Shown here: positions 53,865 through 64,000 of the stretch, piece after piece
Layout: each line of letters opens with the position of its first letter
Position numbering within the stretch: the first letter of the stretch is position 1
Assembly: GCA_964016885.1 (NCBI GenBank)
Contig: OZ024749.1
Coordinates: forward strand, 20,708,001-20,772,000
Length of the DNA: 64,000 nucleotides
Origin: Eledone cirrhosa
Taxonomy: Eukaryota
Direction: 5' to 3'
Notes under the pieces: generated by a model
The model's input: the letters and a program-made list of their open reading frames with translations, nothing else
What the model was told of the DNA's origin: nothing
The model's database searches: none
Program-made: the position numbers and the translations under genes

Positions 53865-54010
53865 AATTGTTTCTACTATAGGCACAAGGGCAGCAATTTT
53901 GGGGAAGGAGATAGTCGATTAAATCGACCCCAGTGCATTACTGGTACTTTATTTTATCGAATCCGTAAGGATGAAAGGCAAAGCTAACCTCGGCAGGATT
54001 TGAACTCAAC
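53865..54010 (-). mobile_element. SINE family 1 copy (5'-truncated)
   Basis: Reverse complement of the core and tail. Confidence 0.82.
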
Positions 54011-54154
54011 TTTAAATAATGTACAGGACTTTTATGAAAAACATTTGAAGGCCATTCGCTATGAATTTATTAGGTTATGACCATCGTCACACACCCAGCC
54101 TCAGTAAAAACAGGGGAAGTAATTGATACGTTTCTGGCTTATTAGAGAATAGTG

Positions 54155-54218
<64 letters not shown>

Positions 54219-54369
54219 TATTGAAGTTTGCTTGAAGCATTGTGGAATAATAAGGTAAATTTCTTTAAGTCGTTTGGAAGCCTCGACAATGCAGATGGGT
54301 AAATCTCCGGGTAACAAGATCCGGTGGTGGAGAGAGAGATGTAAGTGGGTGTACGTTGAGATGCGTGGC

Positions 54370-54425
<56 letters not shown>

Positions 54426-54495
54426 TTCTCAATGTATGTCTTATTTTTTCTTGCCGAATTTATTTATTTAAAAACTTCATCTCTTTCTCTCCCCC

Positions 54496-54543
<48 letters not shown>

Positions 54544-54805
54544 TTTCTTTCCCCTCCCCTCCTCTCTTTCTTTCCTCTCCATCACTCTTTCTCTCTCTAA
54601 ACATCTAATGACTTGTTCTAGATAATGACTTCTACCTAAAAAAACAACTGAAATTAGTCGTATTTTATTGCCCCAAACTGAACAGATTTAACGGCTAATG
54701 GCTTCTACAGCCTCATTTTAGACCGATAAGTAGCAACCATAATGGATGAAACAAAATCCATCCACTACCCATCTATCGATCTACCCACCTACGTACATAT
54801 CTATT

Positions 54806-54888
<83 letters not shown>

Positions 54889-54988
54889 AGATCTCGATCT
54901 CTCTCTCTCGCTCAGTTTGTCTGCATCCGTTCTTCTGTAACTATCTAGTCAACCATCTATCTATCTATCTATCTATCTACCCACCCAA

Positions 54989-55033
<45 letters not shown>

Positions 55034-55568
55034 CATCTAACTCCGTTCCTCTCTCGTATTTATCGTCTGCTACCACCAGACAAGAAACAAACAACAGCTA
55101 TTAGGATTATATTATATTATATTATATTATATTATATCTATGTGTCGGTTTAACGTGAAATGAGAGATATCTGAACATGTTATTATCCGGCTTTAATGCT
55201 CATCCAATTCGTTCACCTCTACACACAACGAAGATATATCAATGTGGGACTCTGTTTAATACATAACAATTTAAACTAATCCCCACAAATCCTCCGCCAT
55301 TACTCACACTTCTGTCTGTCTGATGACTGCATGTCTGTCTTCCCGCCTCCCCTGCCCCCCTCTGTCTCTCCCTCTCTTTCTCTCACTCTTTTTCTCTCTC
55401 TCTTTCTCCTCTACGCATGCCACAGAAATGTTCAATTTATGTATGCACACACACACGCACACACATATATTATACACGCGCACACACCCACCCACACACC
55501 CACACCCACACCCACACACATATATATACATATATACATATTTATATATATATATATACAATCGCACA

Positions 55569-55668
<100 letters not shown>

Positions 55669-55926
55669 ATCGCACACACATATATACCCATATATACATA
55701 CGCACACACACACATACCCATATATACATATGCACGCACACACATACCCATATATACATATATATATACACGCGTGTGTGTGTGTGAGTGTGTGTGTTAG
55801 AAGAGTGTGTAAACAAAAAAAGAGAGTACTCAATACATGCTATGATGGATGGGTTCTCCGCCCGTTTCAACGATGAACATTCAGTTCTTCGATCGACTCA
55901 AAGTTCAACTAATATTTTATATTAGG

Positions 55927-56203
55927 TAAGGCTTAGATTGATTCAAGGCTGGTGTTGATTCAAGGTTGAGTTTGATCCATGGTTTGGGTTGATTCAAGAT
56001 TTAGGTTGATCCATGGCTGAGGTTGACCCAAAGCTTGGTTTGATCCAAGGATTAGTTTGATACAAGGATTAGTTTGATACAAAGCTTGGTTTGATACAAG
56101 GCTTGGGTTGATACAAGGCTTGGATTGTTACAAGGCTTGGGTTGATACAAGGCTTGGTTTGATACAAAGCTTGGGTTGATACAAGGCATGCGTTGATCCA
56201 AGA
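55927..56203. repeat. 17 bp minisatellite (AAGGCTTGGGTTGATAC), about 16 copies
   Basis: Visible tandem units. Confidence 0.9.
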
Positions 56204-56448
56204 ATGGGGTATAAAATAGAAATACATTAAAAATAAATTAAAATAAAAAGATTCTTCGCAGTGGGATGGAATCCGAAACCCCATGATTGCGAAGTGAACT
56301 TTTTAACCGTTCATCTATCTCGGTTACAGAACATATTAATATATTTTATTGCAAGTATAACGGTATATATTCAAAATTTCGGGTAATAGGTGGAGTTGGG
56401 TGGGAGGTCGGTCCTGGATCGAACTCCGTCGTACCGGCACCCATTAAA

Positions 56449-56513
<65 letters not shown>

Positions 56514-56639
56514 ACTCGTGATAGAGTTGTAGGGGTACCGTATTGACATACCCCGTTTCTTGGGCATTTTAAGCCTGGTGAAGCCCATCTCTCTCCAGAC
56601 CATATTATATGTGATAATTTCTCCTTTCGAAAATTGTAA

Positions 56640-56815
56640 CTCGTAGCGGTGTGTCCATGTAGGGGCTCCCAAAGAAGCACTGAGTGCAATGTCAACTCTG
56701 GATGTCGGAGAGCATGTCCAGCTAACCTCAGTCTCCTCTGTTTATATATATAAACACACAAATTCTGTCTAACTGCTGATGCAATATTTGAGCGTTTACA
56801 CACAAAGAGAAGCCA
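56640..56815 (-). mobile_element. RTE-type LINE fragment
   Basis: QRRLRLAGHALRHPELTLHSVLLWEPLHG. Confidence 0.72.
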
Positions 56816-56920
56816 ATCATACATTTGAACATGTGTGTGTGTGTTTGTGTATGTGTGTGTATGCGTGTATGTGCGTGTTTGTGTGTGCGTATTTGTGTGT
56901 GTGTGTATGCGTGTATATGT

Positions 56921-56998
<78 letters not shown>

Positions 56999-57264
56999 TT
57001 GGTTGGATGTATGAATAAATGTACGTATGTATTGTTGGATGTATGTATGTCAATATGTCTACGTATCTATGTATGTATGTATGCGTGTGTGTATGTATGT
57101 GTGTATGTATGTGTGTATGTATGTGTGTATGTATGTATGTGTGTGTATGTGTGTATGTATGTGTGTGTGTGTGTGTATGTATTGTGTGTGTATGTATGTG
57201 TGTATGTATGTATGTGTGTGTGTGTATGTATGTATGTGTGTGTGTATGTATGTGTGTATGTATG

Positions 57265-58065
57265 TCCGGGAGAGATGACCCCTTATCCTTTGTCAATGCA
57301 GAATTCTAGAAGGAAAACTGATATAACACCTGCAACCCTGATGGTATCCAATGATGTTGACTTGTTCTTCTTTTTGGTAAATATCATCTTGGTTAAGAGA
57401 GTGGGACTGGCTTTGTGCAGTGCCTTTGCTCACTATAAAAGCTTCACGGCACAGGCATTGCTTTATATCTGGAGATCTCTCTGCACTTGTCGTCACATGG
57501 TACCATGGGCCCAGCACTATGTGTCAATAATTGTCACAGGTGTAGTGTTTGTACCAGAGTTTTCAAGTCGCTGGCTGGACTAAAAAGTCACACTTGTTCA
57601 GCGCATCGGCAGGGGTTCTCCTACATGGATATAAAGTAGTGGCCGTACTCGAGAACGAGTTGGCAGCCACCATGTATGTATGTGTGTGTGTATGTATGTG
57701 TGTATGTATGTGTGTATGTATGAATGTGTGTATGGATGGATGGATGGATAGGTGGCTGCATGTATTTAAGTGTATATAACCATATCGACCCCTAAATCAA
57801 TAGTTATACGCACTTTGAATTGATCCACTCATTAACTAGATCAAACTACTTGTTAGACCAACTTCAAAAGGTTTAGAATATCCACGCACACACACACATA
57901 CATAGGCACACACATATACATACATACATGTAAAAGGCCGCACGCTCATACACACAGATATGCTTGTCTTGAGTACCTTTGGCAATGTACCCATACTGTT
58001 TCTCATTGTCTATGTTCCTGAGACACAGACACAGACACACAATATATATATATATTGTATGTATG

Positions 58066-58099
<34 letters not shown>

Positions 58100-58677
58100 T
58101 GTATGTATGTATGTATGTATGTATGTATGTATGTATGTATGTATATATGGCAACCCCACCAAGGTTTCTTGGTGAGGAGGGTGACTTTGGACATGCTGCA
58201 GGACTAAAAACAAAACCTGTCAAAGGGCAAAGGAGCTCTTAAGAGTCAATGGCCATCCCAAATCACCGGGAGAGATGACCCCTTATCCTTTGTCAAGGTA
58301 GAATTCTAGGAGAAGAAAAACTCTGATATAACACCTGCAACCCTGATGGTATCCAATGATGTTGACTTGTTCTTCTTTTTGGTAAATATCATCTTGGTTA
58401 AGAGAGTGGGACTGGCTTTGTGCAGTGCCTTTGCTCACTATAAAAGCTTCACAGCACAGGCATTGCTTTGTATCTGGAGATCTCTCTCCACTTGTCATCA
58501 CATGGTACCATGGGCCCAGCACTATGTGTCAATAATTGTCACAAGTGTAGTGTTTGTACCAGAGTTTTCAAGTCGCTGGCTGGACTAAAAAGTCACACTC
58601 GTTCAGCGCATCGGTAGGGGTTCTCCTACATAGATATAAAGTAGTGGCCGTACTCGAAAACGAGTTGGCAGCCACCA
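57265..58677. repeat. ~410 bp direct repeat pair (57265-57673, 58266-58677), probable retroelement fragment; diverged relative at 46040-46320
   Basis: CCGGGAGAGATGACCCCTTATCC...GAGTTGGCAGCCACCATG occurs twice about 1.0 kb apart, each followed by (TATG)n. Confidence 0.85.
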
Positions 58678-58875
58678 TGTATTTATGTATGTATGTGTGT
58701 GTGTATGCAGCCACCCATCCATCCATACACACATTCATACATACACACATACATACATACACACATACATACACACACACATACATGCATACACACATAC
58801 ATACACACACACATACATACACACATTCATACATACACACATACACACACACATACATACATACATACATACATA

Positions 58876-59131
<256 letters not shown>

Positions 59132-59216
59132 TATATATATATATATATAAATGTAGGAGGTGAGTTTTAAAAGTCCTACATTTCTCCTTTTGACGTTAGA
59201 ATATTCACCCACAATT

Positions 59217-59705
59217 ATTATTTTTTTCTCTCTATCTCCATACATAATCTCCCTTCGTTATTTTTTTCTCTCTATCTCCATACATAATTTCCCTTCGTTA
59301 ATTTTCAAATTCCTTTAATTTATACATTATCTTCCAACGGTTCCCAACCTCTCTATATTAAAACATTATATCTTTTTCTCAGTTATAAAAACTATCTCTT
59401 TCTCTCTATCACCCATCTCTCCCTTTCCACCTTCACTCTCATCTCCTCCCCTTTTTTTCATCCTTTCCACCCCCACCCCTCCCTAAATATAATATATTTT
59501 TACCTCGCACATATCCTCCCTTCGTTAATTTTCAAAATTTTTAATTTATACAGTATCTTCCAACGGTTTTCAACCCCTCTATATAAAATATATCTCCTCT
59601 CTGTTATAAAAACTATCTCTTTCTCTCTATCACCCATCTCTCCCTCTCATCTCCTTCCCTTTTCATCCTTTTCTCTCCCCCCCTCTCTAAATAAAATATT
59701 TTTCC
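59217..59705. repeat. Local tandem duplications (~41 bp x2, then ~225 bp x2), pyrimidine-rich
   Basis: TTTTTTCTCTCTATCTCCATACATAAT occurs twice; CCCTTCGTTAATTTTCAAA...CTAAATA starts at 59291 and 59518. Confidence 0.8.
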
Positions 59706-59900
59706 CAATATCACACATCAATCTAAAACCACTTTTCATATGTTGATTTAAAACTGCACTATCAACAAGTGTTTTTTTAGCCTTCATATCATGTTCTCCT
59801 GTTTTATCTGATGAAAACACAAATATTATTGTTTGATGATGTTTGTTTTTGAAATGCGCATAATAAAATATATTGAACTCCTTTAACCATCTTTTGATCT

Positions 59901-59962
<62 letters not shown>

Positions 59963-59968
<6 letters not shown>

Positions 59969-60289
59969 AAGAGCCCCCTTCTGTCACGAATGAGCATGGG
60001 ATTTTCACCTAGAAAGTACCTCTCCGAAGCACAAGCCCAGGCAAGGTTGTTTGAGGAAGACGAGCAGTCGCCCATGCATACCAGTCTCCCCTCTTCACGC
60101 CACTGATGTTACCCAAGGGATAGGCTAAGGCCAATACAGCTTGGCATCAGTGACGTTGCAACTGAGTAAACTGGAGCAACGTGAAATAAAGTGTCTTGTT
60201 CAAGAACGCAACGCACTACCCGGTCCGAGAATCGAACTCACAACCTTCCGATTACAAGTCTAATGCTCTAACCACTAAGCCATGCGCCT
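59963..60289 (-). mobile_element. Near full-length SINE family 2 (tRNA head, V-like domain, RTE-like tail)
   Basis: Minus strand AGGCGCATGGCTTAGTGGTTAG..GAGTTCGATTCTCGG..TTCTTGAACAAGACACTTTATTTCAC...CTTTACCTT. Confidence 0.8.
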
Positions 60290-61540
60290 ATATATATATA
60301 TATAGAGAGAGAAAATTTGCTCCGAAAGCATTGCATGTGTCCGAAGAACCTGCAGCCGTAGAATCAGGCAGATCCACACAATGATCATGTCTCGAGCTAT
60401 CTGCCGGAGAAACAATTGTAACACGCAGATGCATCACTGATTTTTCGTTTGTTTATATTATATATATATATATATATAAAGGGAAGATGGACATTGTTTG
60501 GTGTTCCCAACTTGCATGCTACACCGTTCATCCAATGTTCATGAAACCTCACACATATATAAAACTCAACGCGTAGAGTGGAATAGGCTACTTGAAATTT
60601 TCGAAAAATCCATAATCGGGCCCTATGACAGAATGTTTTTCGATTCCAATGAAATTTTATGTGAATTCGAACACAAGAACTCTTAGTTTACATCTGGCGC
60701 ACTAAAAATAAATTTCATATGCCCATATAAGGACGTGCGTTATTGATTGGACGGCCAGCTGCATGTCTTCCCAGCTGTCTCAGTAAACGACCGACCATTA
60801 AAGAGTTTATCTTCTCATATTCCACCTTATCCAAGTGGAAATACAGTATTATCCCTATCTGAAAAGGGAACCAAATTTAATGGTGTCTTTTGTGATGCTA
60901 AAAGCTGTGAGTAAATTTTCAAACAGTCTTAAATAATCATGCTTTTTGAAAAAAAAAATTACTAAATAATACGTTGACCAAGTTGTATTGTACACATACA
61001 AAGTTGTAAAAAATGTTGCGTCCGTACCAATGTTTTCCTTTTTTAAACAAAAGATTCTAAAAAATTACTTAATTTATAATACAGTCTTTTGCACAGGAAG
61101 TGAGTAACTTTTCGGGTGTTTAAACGTAAGTTCACCAGGGTTTGTGTCTTCATTATTAGCCCACCTCTAATGGCATTTTTTGTTCTGCTTACGACTAAAT
61201 GTTATGAGCGTATTTGCAATTAATTGCGCACACGTGCACACCTGCATACAGATAGACACTGACACCCAATAAAAAATCGATAACTTGCTTATTAAGATAT
61301 CGGTCAAAAAGATAGATTGAATGTACTTTAGAACATTTTTTGAATATATTGTTCTTTTTGGCATGATATGTCAGAAATATAGCTACTATACACTTTGGTT
61401 ATTTTTTTGTAACTAAAAAACGGTTCCTTTTGGGTGGATACTTAACGAGAAAAATCCTAGGGTTTTGGACAAGTTTGTTTCAGGCGCTGTATAGATGCCT
61501 ATTTTGTCACACCTTGGTCATGAATTCGTATTCTTTTCCA

Positions 61541-61800
61541 ATAGATATTTTCCGCTCTATAAGGCTCACCAGGATATAAGGCGTATCATTTAAAATCAGG
61601 TCCGCGCAACTGCGTGTAAGGCCAACCAGGAAAATGCTATCTTCTTTACTTTTAGTCTAGATCTATTACTTCTGTTAGAGCCGTGATTGATTACCATTGT
61701 ATTATTTATACATAAGGCTCACCGGAGTATAAAGCGCAGAGCTGTTTTTCGATTAAATTTAATTATTTTAAGTGCAATTTATAGACCGGAAAATTCGGTA
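61541..61800. mobile_element. pogo/Tigger-like MITE nested in the Helitron
   Basis: TATTTTCCGCTCTATAAGGCTCAC ... TTATAGACCGGAAAATTCGGTA inverted ends; internal repeat ATAAGGCTCACC. Confidence 0.6.
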
Positions 61801-61922
61801 AGTTATTGTAATCATATTTCCAAACCTTCCCATTCACCAGTAACCATGCTAACGAATCTGGTGTCATCTCTCTCTGTATTTAATCACCTCTCTCTAACCT
61901 AACAGCTTCGTTACACGTCGTT

Positions 61923-62430
61923 ATGCCCACACGGAAATGTTCAAGACTTACCTCCAAAAAAGTTACAGCTACTGCTTTGAGACAACGAATTAGGCGTTCT
62001 CAGGTATGAGTTCATTCACAATTGATTAATCCTTTATGCAATATTCTCCCTTAATGTTAGCAAGTACTGCGTTTATCCTAACTGTCACCACTTTTAAGCA
62101 ACTACAACATTCTAATCGTAGTTATATTAAATTTATTGTCTTACCTTGATTCCCTTTTGTTCATGTTAGACTTTTCTCATTTACTATTGACACTGCCATT
62201 GGCTTAGCTAACCAGTAGAATTAATTAATTTTCTCTAGGAAACACCTGCTGAGCGCGAATCTCGACTCGCTGATAGACGTCTTTCCCGGCTGGTTGAGTC
62301 ACCAACATCACGTACGACAAGGCTTGCTGATGTTCGCCTTCGTCGCCAACAAGCGCTGAAGCGCTGACGGAGGAATCACCAACATCCCGTCAGACGAGGC
62401 TTGAGGCTGTGGCAAAGGGCAATAACCCTA
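61923..62430 (+). pseudogene. Spliced N-terminal fragment of a Helitron protein with STPR-like 23 aa repeats (exons 61923-62003 and 62239-~62430)
   Basis: MPTRKCSRLTSKKVTATALRQRIRRSQ | phase 0 GT..AG intron | ETPAERESRLADRRLSRLVESPTSRTTRLADVRLRRQQAL; an 8 bp duplication at 62351-62366 causes a frameshift. Confidence 0.65.
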
Positions 62431-63025
62431 GATACAATTTTGATCAACTTTTTTTCACCTATAGCAAATTTACCGGGACAGGTTTTTAGCTACTCAAATC
62501 TACTTCAGAGATCACGCATTGATGTAAAAAATCAATAAAACTGAAGCGGGGCTCGACTTTGCGCAAAAAAACAAGGCAAAGTTACACATGGGAAAACTTT
62601 TTACAGGAACGTCCTATATTCTTGAAAACTGTCACAAAAGACTCGCCATTATGCCGCGGTTAAGATAAAGGCCCTTTTAATTCTTCTTCTGCACATGTGA
62701 GCGCAAAAATTGTAAAAAAAAAAAGCCCTGAAAGTAATCGACATTTTCACCCTGCTTTAAATTAACTGAACATTCAATATCAAGCGATTTTGACTTCCAT
62801 CAGTCGTGCAGAGAACAATTTCAACGATACACTGTGTAACTACAATTAATAAATTACACACCTGTGTCTACTAACCTATTTTTTTTCATTGAAGTTCGAA
62901 GTTTTGAACCTGTGATGCGCGGGAAGTAACTTTCACACATTCTAACAGACCAAAGGTCGACTTACACCCGGGAAACGCCGGGTACTTCTGCTAGTATATA
63001 TATATATAGATAGATATATATTTAT

Positions 63026-63214
63026 ATATGAAAGAGCCGGGATCCCGACGGCTGATCTCTTGCCGTTTCAACAATTTGTTCCAACTATCTGTTGAAACGG
63101 CAAGAGCTCAGCCGTCGGGGGTCCCGACTCTTTCATATTACCACATTGTACTACCCCAAGTATCGAGTACTCTGGTGAGTAATGGACTAACAAGTTTTTA
63201 CTGCATCTATTTTG

Positions 63215-63220
<6 letters not shown>
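63026..63220 (+). mobile_element. Diverged relative of the hairpin element (arms 63026-63073 / 63090-63138 plus tail)
   Basis: GAAACGGCAAGAGCTCAGCCGTCGGGGTCC and tail TACTACCCCAAGTATCGAGTACTCTGGTG. Confidence 0.78.
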
Positions 63221-63283
<63 letters not shown>

Positions 63284-63288
<5 letters not shown>

Positions 63289-63477
63289 AACGAATAGGAC
63301 CCCGACGACTGAGCTCAAGCCGTTTCGACGGCTAATTCTGGACCCAGAATTAGCCGTCGAAACGGCTTGAGCTCAGCCGTCGGGGTCCTACTCGTTCCTA
63401 TTACCCACTCTACTACCCTAAGTATTGAGTACTTTGGTGCGTTATGGTCCACCTGGTTCCTTACCACATTTCCTTCG

Positions 63478-63480
<3 letters not shown>
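63284..63480 (+). mobile_element. ~200 bp asymmetric hairpin element, second copy
   Basis: Centre at ~63342; reverse complement of 38922-39120. Confidence 0.85.
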
Positions 63481-63545
<65 letters not shown>

Positions 63546-63590
63546 AAGTTAAATAAAAGTCAAATGATTAAAATTTAGCTTCGTTTATTA

Positions 63591-63643
63591 CTGCTATATA
63601 TATTTCAGTCACAGCCATCTTTGGCTGTGACCTCTTCAGGCAG
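63591..63643 (-). ncRNA. Type I hammerhead ribozyme motif
   Basis: Minus strand CUGC-CUGAAGA-GGUCACAGCCA(AAGA)UGGCUGUGACU-GAAAU-AUAU-AUA-GCAG; all three stems intact. Confidence 0.82.
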
Positions 63644-63672
63644 TTTGAATTAGTATGGTATAGACAAGTACA

Positions 63673-63851
63673 TATGTTTTTTAGGTGTATAATATTGTCA
63701 ATACTCTGATATGCCCAGTTCCTTGTTGGGTTGTTATTTCACTGAGGAACTGGAGTCATATCATATGACTCCAGTTCCTCAGTGAAATAACAACCCAACA
63801 AGGAACTGGGTATATCAGAGTATTGACAATATTATACACCTAAACAACATA
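63673..63851. repeat. Near-perfect palindrome with ~89 bp arms and a 1 nt centre (63762)
   Basis: Arms are reverse complements with about 2 mismatches; lies just 5' (minus-strand sense) of the 63591 hammerhead. Confidence 0.9.
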
Positions 63852-64000
63852 ACGAATTTTTCAGTATAACGAATTTAATATTATGAGTATGTGTATATAC
63901 GAAAAGGTTTGTTCCCTATTCCTGAAACAATGTGTGTGCGTGTGGTGGTGGTGGTGGGAGGGGGGATACTTGTCCAGTGGTACCCCCTGAAACAAGGCCC

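Larger units (their letters stand above)
60460..62994 (+). mobile_element. Non-autonomous Helitron (~2.5 kb); 5' boundary approximate
   Basis: 3' hairpin ACCCGG-GAAACG-CCGGGT (62966-62983) followed by CTAG|T at 62991-62995. The 5' region after TATATATAAA resembles Helitron left ends. Internal STPR-like exons. Confidence 0.72.

Overview
Eukaryotic, repeat-dominated DNA with no recognisable host protein-coding gene. The SINE families and the dense (TA)n/(TG)n/(TATG)n tracts suggest an octopod cephalopod; this is recalled similarity, not a search result. Bases 1-28420 are one satellite array with a ~63 bp monomer made of a 38 bp and a 25-27 bp subunit, organised into irregular kb-scale higher-order repeats and ending in 38-bp-only units. 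Bases 28.4-64 kb are a transposon graveyard: tRNA-derived SINEs, RTE and R4/Dong-like LINE fragments, small MITEs, a ~2.5 kb Helitron carrying a spliced STPR-like pseudogene, and three stacked Penelope-like (PLE) remnants, two of which keep long ORFs (GIY-YIG only in one, RT plus GIY-YIG in the other). The most striking signal is about a dozen type I hammerhead ribozyme motifs, including CAGAAGA and CCGAUGA core variants, together with at least ten long fold-back hairpins mostly bracketed by (TA)n. Several of the hairpins are built from ribozyme-bearing PLE ends, and one family appears to fold back at the ribozyme stem II. All coordinates were read by eye and may be a few bases off.
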